A DNA stretch of 63,599 bases, filler included, from Choristocarpus tenellus KU-1152 (taxonomy: Eukaryota > Protista > Phaeophyceae), in NCBI GenBank assembly GCA_964200185.2. It is 12 parts of 12 records of this genome, joined end to end, with 100 filler letters (N's around TTAATTAATTAA, not from the genome) between each part and the next. Parts side by side here need not be neighbours in the genome. Positions count along the whole stretch, not along the records: positions 24,188 to 28,228 come from CAXNAD020016524.1; positions 28,329 to 30,972 come from CAXNAD020026008.1; positions 31,073 to 42,001 come from CAXNAD020002620.1; 9 more parts are not named here. One strand, written 5' to 3'. Of the stretch, positions 26,564 through 36,841 are shown in pieces. The first letter of the stretch is position 1. Each line of letters opens with the position of its first letter. The notes beneath the pieces are model-generated. The model was not told the origin of the DNA. It made no database searches and worked only from the letters and a program-made list of their open reading frames with translations. A program made the translations under genes and the position numbers.

Positions 26564-28228
26564 TTACAACTGATTCTCCAAGTCTATCCCCCCACTACTG
26601 CTGCCTTTCCCCAAAGTCCGCAAGTCAACCCCCCCTTGGCCACCGTTTGTCCCCAAAGCCCCCATGTCAACCTCCTCTTCGCCACTATCCGGCTCCAAAT
26701 CGCCTGAGCCCCCCTTCACCACTGTCCCACCACTCCCCAACATCACCCCAGCACGACCGAAATATTCTCGTCCAGCCTCACTGCCACCAGCTGCTCATAC
26801 CGTTTCCTACATAACTCTGCCCGAACAGTATCGCCACTCTTTTCAAAAGTCCGCCAAGCTTGCTTAGCAGTCTTGAGCATTCCGTCAAAGTTGCGCCTAT
26901 TTTCCCTTGCAGTAGCCTTTTCTTCCATCGTTTTCTTCCTATCTTCCGTATCGGTAGCCTTTCTGCCATGATGTCTACGTGTCTCCTCATGTCGCTAGCG
27001 ACATCATCCATTGTGGACATGAGGGGAATAATAATGTGGTCGTCCATCTTACTTTTTTTCCTTAACTCTGCTTTCAACTTCAAGTCCTCCTCAGCAGCCC
27101 TTTATAACTGCTGTCGGCTCCTCGATCCTGGGTTGCTGCTAGCCTGAACCTCCTCATTGCCTCCACACCCTCCATTGAAGAGGACTCCACTGACCCCCCA
27201 TCTTTGCTGAAGTCACAGGATGTGGACCCTTCTCGTGGGGGTCCCTCACTCATACTCATGTCAAAGTCTTGGAGCACATCATTAGACGGGGGTCCATACA
27301 CTGCAAACAGGAGAAGATATGGAGGGACCCAACCATCTGGCATTTTTTTTGGAGGGGAGGGAATAGGGGCAACCTGGGGCAAAGGTCTCCCATCTGATCC
27401 AGAAGAGGGTAGTTCGTCGCTGCATCTTTCTGGGGTGGTGCTGGCAGGACTGGAAGTGGGACCTCCTGAATCAGACCCCACCACTTTAGCCTCAGTCGCC
27501 GCTGGAGATTCGCCTTCGTCCTCCCCCCCTCCAACAAGGTCGATGGTACTCCCAGTATTCCTCGATTTCTCCTGTTCCTCCCACAACAGGTCGCACAGCT
27601 ACTGCAGGCAATCCGTCTCCTGATCCCCAGACTGCAACTTTCCTCCGGGAACTAGATTGGGAAGCAAGAAAAATGTTGTGTGTGCGTATGTTAAGATACT
27701 CGCCATTGAGCGTTGTGATTATGGATTTCAGGTGTGTGTAACCTACGAAAGTGAACGGCAATACAGCAGGAGCTCAGACAACATCTAACGTCATACTCAC
27801 ATCAGCCAGAGAGGGACGTACACGTTGGTGACACTCTTCTGCGTCTTAGTCCACCTGGACCATATCGAAGTGTTCACACTTTGGAATGTCTTCGGAATGG
27901 TCTTCTTCCCGCTTCCCAACGTTGTCTGCTCCAACACTTCCATCGTAAGAGTCGGGGGGGTCAAGAATCGCGGGACCGCCACTTACATGTATGCTTGCGT
28001 TGCCAAGGCATGTCTCGAATTCCGTGAAACTGTGCTTCGGCATTCCTTCACAGACCTCGCCGCATAGGCGATGGGAACCGCTTGGTACGACTTCAAATGA
28101 GCAGCCATCATCTTTAACAAACGCTACTCTCGTGGGATCGAATCTCGCCGAGGTCACATCCGTCAAGAGGCTAAATACGCCGCCAGGATACGCATCTGTC
28201 AAAAGGCTAAACACGCCGCCAGGATACA
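26564..28228 (-). pseudogene. Probable Harbinger accessory (Myb/SANT-like) gene, convergent with the transposase, frameshifted
   Basis: A chain of minus-strand ORF pieces (IWSRWTKTQKSVTNVYVPLW; KKMPDGWVPPYLLLFAVYGP; charged helical C-terminus). Harbingers typically encode a second DNA-binding protein. The domain call is inference. Confidence 0.55.
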
Positions 28229-29175
28229 NNNNNNNNNNNNNNNNNNNNNNNNNNNNNNNNNNNNNNNNNNNNTTAATTAATTAANNNNNNNNNNNNNNNN
28301 NNNNNNNNNNNNNNNNNNNNNNNNNNNNCCCCCCCCCTCCCAGATAGTTTGACCCCCTACTCTCTCAAATCTTGTGATGTGCTCACCTTGAAGTTGCCAC
28401 ATTGATCTTGTTCTGGTGTTTCTTGGGGTCTAGGGACAGATGCTAGGATGGTACAGGTGGTGTACAATCTGCTGCGCTTGCTATGTGGAGTTGTACAAAA
28501 CAAGAAGGAACTAGATTTCCATGAAGAAATGAATACCAGCGTTGATGGAGTTCAAACCTGCAAAATTCATGCAGGGAGCAGCCTCCTTAACCACTTATCC
28601 ACAAAGAGTGTGCTCTCTTCTCCATGCACATTTGATGAATGAGGGATGCTCAGATTGACTAGAACTGGTGTGACACTGAAGATATTATTCTCCCTCTTTC
28701 CCGTAGGACCTGATGATGATGTGTGACGACACTGCTAATAACATGCTATTTTAAGTATTGATTGTTAGTGCAAGGTTGGTTCACTACCTGAGACTATCTT
28801 GGTTGACCCTTGGTTGATAAACCATATTCTTTCTCTTTCTCTATTTCTTTCTCTATTTCTTTCTCTCTTTCTTTCTCCATTTTTCTTCACATATATTCAC
28901 ATCTTTTTCTTTTGATAAACAAACACAACAGTATTGTGTTGCTCAAGCAATGTGTGTTACCTTCTTGTCTGACTACACTTCTACCATTAATAATTGGGAC
29001 TCCTCAATAATCAGAAGAAAAATACTTCCTCCGTTTGGAATTAAATGCAACATAAAACGTATGCAGCTATGATAAAACAGCAAGGGTTTTTAACAAATGC
29101 TCATATTTGATGGGGGTGTATTGTGCAGACATCAAGAGGTTGCCCACCAAAGTCTCAAGCAAATGGGGCAGCCTA

Positions 29176-30150
29176 CATTATACCTGTCTATGATTCTGCT
29201 CTCGAAGCCCTCCAAACTCCATTCCAGCATGGAATTTAGCGATATCCACTGGGGCATTCGAGGGGAGATTTCCCGCCTTCTCAGCCTTTTCCTTGCTAAG
29301 ATGGGGAACTTTGAAGACCTTCTCATAGTGAAAGTATCACAGAGGGTATAAGTTTTGCCCTGTTAGTTCGTTTGGGGCTTGTATTCCCAAGGGTTTTTAA
29401 TGACATTTTTCCTACTCCAAAATGTTTCGGGTGGGTAAAATGTGTATGTTACGAAAAGGTGCGTCTAGAGCAAGGATATTGACATCTCCCAAAAAACACA
29501 ATATCCGAAATTTCATGAAAATTGCAACATTGGATTTGGTCCCCAAACGGACGCGTCTCTACTCTCTAAGATAATTTGACTCTCATCCTTGGACTTCAGC
29601 ACTTCACAAATAATTCCGAAAGAGACTCTGCCAAGCCCACTCTAGTGTCTCCTGGGGGTACACATCGAACGCTTCCATATTTTGATCGCTCCAGCTCCTT
29701 TGTGTCAGTCACCCCCCCTGTCTTCCTTCAGGTGTTGGATGGAATAGAAGTATCCCAGGTTGTTGACGTTGAGGTCAGGTAAGTTGACTGGCTGGGTCCC
29801 TATGAGAATGTCGTCCCCCGTCGCCTCTCAGTTGCCTCCATGATCCCCTCCTTGATGTGTGTGGCCTTACTCCGCATGCCCTGCTACACAAAGATGGTGT
29901 GTCCTTTCGGTTTAGGCATGCAGGCCTTGAATACCGGGATGATAACATCCTGGATCATGAGCTTCCTATACTTCTCCCCATCCACTGTGGCTGGCACAAG
30001 CACCTTGGTGCCCTTGGGGCGGTGTTTGCTGGAGTGCTGAACAGCCTTAATGCACCCGATTGGTCAGATCCTGATTATCCCATTGAACCACACCTCATTG
30101 GAGAGCTTCCTAGGGTGAGACACAGCTACAAGGAACATCACCGTCATAAT
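29176..30150 (-). mobile_element. Decayed mariner (DD39D-like) transposase
   Basis: VMFLVAVSHPR, WFNGIIRI*PI, SSKHRPKGT, YRKLMIQDVIIP, QPVNLPDLNVNNLGYFYSIQHL. After the MITE it continues FKVPHLSKEKAEKAGNLP. Confidence 0.88.
29327..29582 (-). mobile_element. MITE family A, inverted copy
   Basis: Reverse complement of 5446-5702. TSD TCAT (29323-29326, 29583-29586); one terminal G is missing. Confidence 0.88.
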
Positions 30151-31072
30151 GTAAAGCTAGTACCCTTAATACACGTCCCCTGTAACTTCCTGCCTTGCAA
30201 TTTCAGCATGCTATCAATCAGTGTTCTAGCCTTCGTTTCTTTCCAATTTTCATTTCTACGGCCATTTCATTGAGGGACTTCAAGAATTTCCCCTCACCGA
30301 AGAGAAGGCACAGTGTTGGTGAGGGAAAGGATTTGGGGTTAAGATGGTTACAGTATCACAAGAAGAAACCTTTCGGCGTATCTCTTGCTTAATGCCCAGT
30401 CGTTAACACCTCAAAAACGTAACTGCCTGAACTTACTCAGTTTTGTTATGGATGAGATATTATTGGTTGTATAATGTACTCTTGTTAAGTATGATCATAA
30501 TTAGATCATGAGCACAAAACAATGGTGTGACGCGCAATTATTACACACTCCTTGGTACTCTTACAGTGGATGAGCCGCAGGAAGTTTGGCATACAGTATG
30601 GTGGGGAGATTGACTACTTGCAAAGGCTAGGACAACAACTACAGTCAAGTACCCTATTTCAACAGGCAGGCATCAAAATAGTCACAAGGAACCTGATGAG
30701 AGATGTCATGCAAAAACGAAAGTGGAACACCAGAGTGTCCTCTTGCAGTCTCTCATTACACAGCTTTCAGCGCTACCCTCGCCACACCATTCCTCCAGTC
30801 ATAGCTTGCAGCAGGCAAGTCAGTTGTGACATCGTGCATGCCACAGTGGATGCGGATAAACCCCTCACCATCATCAGTCCTCCGGTTATTTGTGTTGAAA
30901 CACTAGTAAACCCCTGAGCTACCGAGCAAAGAGTCAGCCTGACTCTTGCTGACCCTTTGCTCGGTAGCTCAGNNNNNNNNNNNNNNNNNNNNNNNNNNNN
31001 NNNNNNNNNNNNNNNNTTAATTAATTAANNNNNNNNNNNNNNNNNNNNNNNNNNNNNNNNNNNNNNNNNNNN

Positions 31073-31143
31073 ATCCCAGTCAATTTTGGGTCAAGTCCAT
31101 CCTCAATGAAAAGCTCCATCCTCAATTATTGAAATCGGCTGTT
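31073..31143 (+). mobile_element. MITE family B right end, nested in a family A copy (31144-31192)
   Basis: Near-identical to 33949-34019 and ends CGGCTGTT. It is followed by AAAT-GGACAAAC...TTTCACTC, the family A right end. Confidence 0.85.
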
Positions 31144-31192
31144 AAATGGACAAACAGGGCAAAACTCTTACCCTCTTAAGATACTTTCACTC

Positions 31193-32800
31193 TTTGTTAG
31201 CTCCATCAATATTCCAGTAATTGATGCTGAAGTATTAGCCAAGGCCCAACATGATCAGTTTGGGGCATATTTTCAATATCTGGCAGACCCGAGTAATGCA
31301 ACATTACCCAATAAGGAAACGGCCTACACCATGTCATATTTTTTCACTTACGAGCGAGAGAATAAACTTCTACAATACCGATCTTACCAACCTGGTCATC
31401 TTCGAAAAAATGGAGAAGTTCGTGATCAGTTAGTAGCCCCAACAGAAGTCCAGGGTTTAATTTTACATGCCCTACATGACCATAAAGTTGCAGGCCATCT
31501 CGCTTTCAAGCACACGTTTGACCGCGTTAGAGATTGATTTTGGTGGTGGCCGACCTTACATAAAGATGTTAGGAAGTGGTGTGAAACTTGCCAGTCGTGT
31601 CAAAGACGGAAGACCTCTCACACTCCTACTCCACAACCTACTGGACATATACCTGTTACACGTCCATTTCAACGACTTGCTATTGACCTAGTTGAGTGCA
31701 GGACCACGTCAGACGGTGCAAGATATGTGTTATCCACGGTAGACCATCTTACAAGATTCGCAATCTTGGTTGGTGTTGCAAATAAACAAGAAAAAACCGT
31801 GGCTAAGACTCTGGTCAATCGCATTTTTTCCAACTTTGGTTCTCCTGAATCACTCTACTCTAACCAAGACAGATAATTTGAGAAGAAAATCCTGGCTGAG
31901 TTACGTAATGTGTACGGATATCATAAAACCAAGACGGTGGCATGATATGTATCGACCTCAAGGCAATAATAGTATATGTGAACGAATTCATTCCATGATG
32001 CATGGTATGTAGGACATGTATTCAAATATGGACCAATCTGACTGGGCCTCAATATTGACCTTTTTACAGCCAGCACACAATACAGCCTATAGTAACACTG
32101 TTCACGAAAATCCTTTTTTTTTCTCATGTTTTGAAGGCGCCCAATTTTATGAATTAATCTTATTTTGGGGGTCCCTGAGGCTACCCCCATAACCGTACAA
32201 GAATGCAGTATGAGAACATGGGAAAATTTTCAGCTAGCTTACGAATTAGCCGGGCGCAATATTGGTGAGATGACTCTAAGGAACAAATAAATCTAAGAAC
32301 GTGAACCATAAACTCCCACTATATGAACCCGGAGATAAATTGTGCCTTTACAGACCACATATTTCAGCTGATGCATCGAACCCCAAGTTATTGTCCCCAT
32401 GGAGAGGACTTTATGAAGTGAAGGCACATGTAACACCCGTTGTTTATCGTGTAAAACGCTTGGAAGACCAATGTGAAGTGACAGTTCATGTGGTCAGACT
32501 TAAACCCTGTAAGGAAGGAACAGCCACTGAACTTGACATAGATGCCCTTAATTCACTAGTCTTAGGGCAGGTAATACCCGAACGAAAACTTGATTAGGGG
32601 TCGAAGACACAGCCAACTATTGGGTCGTACAATGTAGAGAGCATTGTTGACCATGAGCGAGGTGTAGGAAGAAAGACCACTCGCCTTCAAGGATATTCAC
32701 TGGCAGTGATGTATGGCGCAAACCCGCTGAAACATCTGAATGTGCAGAGATGATCGCAACCTATAGGGAAGAGAACCAGTTGGACCTCCCTAGTGTAAGC
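31193..32800 (+). mobile_element. Decayed Ty3/Gypsy integrase with C-terminal chromodomain
   Basis: HHCC zinc finger (HDHKVAGH...CETCQSC), PFQRLAIDLV, VDHLTRF, FGSPESLYSN, YRPQGN..CER, a GPY/F-like LSPWRGLYEV and chromodomain-like YNVESIVDH. Stops and frameshifts. Confidence 0.92.
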
Positions 32801-33832
32801 CCCACTGACCAAGCGAATTGTCATAAAGAAAGACACCTGCCACTACAACAGCTGGCGAAATTGAACTACCGCCAACCGGATGTCCACCTAATAGCAACCA
32901 AGCCTCCTTTAATACTTGTGATATCCCTCCTTGTGTACCAGAAAGTGTGATTAATGCCTCTATACTAGTGGGTTGCCGGGCTGGTGAATTGCCACCAGAG
33001 TACACAGATAGGGAAGTATTTCTTTTTCACTACCAAGATGGCTGAAGCAACACCGATAAATTCTTAAAGACCATACCATGGCTCAGTCTGGGTGGTATTT
33101 CGAGCTTATCTATGAGATGACTTGGGGCTCGTCGGGTAGAAAGCTCTTATCGGGAGACACAAACACAGGTTGTTCCCGTCTGTGAGAAGCATGCATACTA
33201 TTCAAAATATTATTACAAGATGTATAAAATGAAATTTTATTTCACACAAAACAAACAAATGCGCATACAACAAATATTTACAGTCCAACTTTCTGGTTGC
33301 CCAAGCACCTTGGAGTTAAGTTGTTGTACAAGAGGTGATAGTAAGAAGATATGATGAGTTTTCCAATCACGCTTGACACCATCCCTACACAACACTCCCC
33401 ATAGATGACTTGATGTACCAAAGCTGGGGTGATAATGAGCTTCATCCACTCACACATAGGAGACAGGCAGGTCCATGCCATTTTTCTCACTGCGCTTTCC
33501 ACCCGTTAGCGCAGATTTTCTCTTGGACTAGAATGCGACCTACGTCTGATCACCACTAGTGCTCCACCTTTTCATTTTTTCTTTCCTCTGAGTTGATTCA
33601 ACAAGGGTTTTTTTATTTTCCTCCCAAAGACCTGTGGAACTTGGTCCCGGCCTCTGAGGTGGGAGAGTCCAGTCTGGAGATTGTGATTGCCCCCTTTTGT
33701 AGAGAACTTTGGCGACTTGACGCCTCCACAGGTTGTAAATTTCCTTAAAAGAGAGGTCAAACTCTACTACTACTGTCTAGTTCATCTCTATCTGGGAACA
33801 ATCTTGCGGTGATGTTCTATTCAATCATATTT

Positions 33833-34019
33833 AACAGCCGATTTCAAAAATTGAGGATGGAGCTTTTCATTGAGGATGACTGGGATAAAGTGACGATATG
33901 TATTTTTTGTAAATGTAAAAATACAAAATATATATATATCGACACTTTATCCCAGTCAATTTTGGGTCAAGCCCATCCTCAATGAAAAGCTCCATCCTCA
34001 ATTTTTGAAATCGGCTGTT
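33833..34019. mobile_element. MITE family B (Sola1-like), full copy, 187 bp
   Basis: TIRs of over 40 bp, AACAGCCGATTTCAAAAATTGAGGATGGAGCTTTTCATTGAGGATG. 4-bp TSD ATTT (33829-33832, 34020-34023). Confidence 0.88.
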
Positions 34020-34267
34020 ATTTCTAGGAAAAAAATCGACCACCAAAAAACAAAATGGCGACAGAACGGACAATTACCCTATCGCTCATTTTTTGTTGTC
34101 ATCGATTTTCTTCCTATTATTAAGATTGAAGTGCTCTTTTGAACAAGATTGCTCCCTCATCAGAGATGGCTATACCTAGATAGGACTTTACAACTATTGA
34201 TTGGATTGGGTTCTTGGACAAACTAAACTTCAGGTACAGTCATACACCACTTACTTCTAATGTTGGA

Positions 34268-35209
34268 ATGAGTTCATCCATGGCTACGAACAACTGTTTT
34301 GACGAGGAGAAAGTATCAAAAGACAATGTGTTCCAAGTGGTAGTGACAGGGGGATCCAAGGGCATTGGTCGTGCCTGTGTGGATGCGTTCGCTCGGCGCG
34401 GTCATCGTGTCCTGTTTACGTTTTGCTCAGATGCAGATGCCGCGTCTTCTCTCGAGTGTTCCTATGAGTCGGGGTTAGTTCAAGGATGCCAACTGGATCA
34501 AGGAGACTTCAACAGTGTGCGTTTATTCGCGTCACATGTGGAGGAGTGGCGAGGGGGTAAAACTGTTGCAGTTCTGATCAATAACGCTGCCCTCGGAGTT
34601 GCCACAGTAAGCCAATACGAGGGAAATTCAGGGAATGGGCGCGATGCCACTAGTGAACAGGATGAGGATTGGCGGAGGGCGGAGGAGGACATGGCGCTCA
34701 TGAGAGTGAACGCGCTGGGACCAGTATGGGTGACTGAGTCGTTGCTCTCGATGATGACTCCAACAATCAGCGATGATACAAGTTCTGGATTCCTGGCAAA
34801 ACCTGGGCGATCTACTGTCCTATTCATAGGATCTGTTGGAGGCGGTTCACAGGCTGTTTTCCCAGGATTCCGCGTAGCGGATGCCATGAGCAAAGCGGCT
34901 CTTGCATATGCCTCAAAGCACTTCGCGGCCCGGAACATTCACCGTGAGTGTGTCAATTTTCTCTCCCTTTGCCCTGGGGCGACCTTGACAGACATGTTTC
35001 GAGCAAGCACTTTGAGCAAACTTGCGATGCCGGAGCTATTGGTTGACACGCTTCCACAGGGTAGCCTCCTACAACCCGAGGAGATTGCAGAGGCAGTTTG
35101 GTGGTTATGCACGTGTCCAGCCGCCAGAATCTTCCATGGTGGCATCTTGGATGCTTCAGCAGGTCTTGCCGTCAGGCCCGGGTTACTGACGGAGTTTAAT
35201 GGTTCGTAA
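34268..35209 (+). CDS. Intronless short-chain dehydrogenase/reductase (313 aa) with atypical DxxxK active site
   Basis: TGGSKGIG, LINNAALG, VNALGP, IGSVGG, DAMSK at the YxxxK position, CPGATLTDMF, PEEIAEAV. First ATG at 34268, TAA at 35207-35209. Confidence 0.93.
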   Translation: MSSSMATNNCFDEEKVSKDNVFQVVVTGGSKGIGRACVDAFARRGHRVLFTFCSDADAASSLECSYESGLVQGCQLDQGDFNSVRLFASHVEEWRGGKTVAVLINNAALGVATVSQYEGNSGNGRDATSEQDEDWRRAEEDMALMRVNALGPVWVTESLLSMMTPTISDDTSSGFLAKPGRSTVLFIGSVGGGSQAVFPGFRVADAMSKAALAYASKHFAARNIHRECVNFLSLCPGATLTDMFRASTLSKLAMPELLVDTLPQGSLLQPEEIAEAVWWLCTCPAARIFHGGILDASAGLAVRPGLLTEFNGS

Positions 35210-36841
35210 GGTATCAGATACACTGAGATTCCTTATTGCATCAGATTTTTTTTTGTGGTTTTGAGTGCAGCGTACCTGGTGCGTGATTCATGCGCTTAAT
35301 GTAGCCTATCGTTAGAGGTGGCCCTCGACTCAGTCTGATATCAACTATTGCTTCGGGTTTGGAGGGAAAGATTAGCCCTCTCATACACCATGGTGGGAGG
35401 GTGTGTGCAGCGAAACTGGATTTGGTTTCAAGGTGGTAATATGCCTTCATGCTGTGTAGCTGAGGAGGGATTGGGTGAATTGTGTAATGGGATAACTATG
35501 CATGTAGATGAACCTCCTGTTTCTAACTTTTTAACTCCTAAAGTTTTGGAGCTGGAATAGACAGGTACTATACAAATTTATAGAAATAGAGGCTCTGTCC
35601 CTATTTCGACCATGTTGAACCTTGCTCTTTATCTTCATACCTTGTCATGAGAAGCTTGTCTGCACACTGTGTATGCCCCATACAAACACACTGCGTACAA
35701 CAATCATTTGTTTAATACCAATCTGTAGGAGAAAATCTACTTTGAAGGAACAGAGACACCATCTCTTGTAGGTGTGTGATCAAAAGGTGTATCTGTTACA
35801 AATTGCTGAGACTTTTTAGAGTAGATATGCAGTTGAAGTAACTGGGGGTCAGCCACAATATATGGGGCTAAACGTTCGCAGAGATGAAACCACTCAAACC
35901 CGTAGAGAATCCATTACAGAGCAGTGAATACAGGTGATATACTCTCGAGAAACAAGTTGTTGAGTGCTGGGGAGGATGGTAGAAATTGTGGAGAGATTCA
36001 GGATATATTTATGTTCATCGGATGCCAATGCCAACATAATCTGGGGTGTAACATGTCGTATCGAACAGATTCTGCCCTCAGAACCTCAGGGGAAAAAAGG
36101 TTGCTGACATCACATCAAGTCAGGAAGCATGAGGTACAAGGTAGATAGGTACATAAGCAGGTTGTACTGAGTGGAACCATGTACGAGGAGGGTCAGTCTT
36201 GGCCCCTTGTGAAGCTTGTGCAACATACACCATGCTTGAAAAAGAGGTAGCCCTGCTGATGAGGGGGCAGCAGCAGAATAGAAGAATACCCGTGATTTAG
36301 GTGAAAGCAGCCCCACAATACTCAAAACCACATATACCACAAAGCAGTCATAGGGGTCGGTCCATATATCTCAAAGTCACCCCCCTCTTGAATGGTATCA
36401 CTTATTTCTACACAGTACCATTACCCTTCATTGTGATTTGAAAGATGGCCCATCAACCTGTGGATTACCTGATTCAGGTTTGTTCTTGGTTCAAATAGTA
36501 TCAGTATATGTCGTGTGTTTGTGACTTAGCATTTAGGGGAAGGTTGTTCTGTACCCAATAATTTGACCCCTGCCGAAACAGCTCCAGACTCCCCCACTTT
36601 TCATCCTTCCCTGATGAAGGAGGTTATAAAGTGATCTGAACCTTCCTCAATGCCAAAATCAACGATACTTACCGTCTGGGAGCTGGAAGATACCTAAAAA
36701 CACAACAGACCCTATCAAGTGATTCACCCATATAGAGTATATCACAACAAAATGCGTTGCGTGTCTGTTCGTGTGTGTGTGTGTGTGTGAAAAATAAACG
36801 TGAAATAGATGAATGACATTACTACTCAAAGTAGAAATCGT

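Noticed and set aside
30914-30972. Near-perfect 25-bp hairpin
   Set aside because: It ends exactly at a contig terminus, which is typical of fold-back library or assembly artefacts.
34498-35223. Antisense ORFs over the SDR (and similar ones over the fusion gene, FANCI and VPS9)
   Set aside because: Shadow ORFs of GC-rich coding sequence with no independent motifs.
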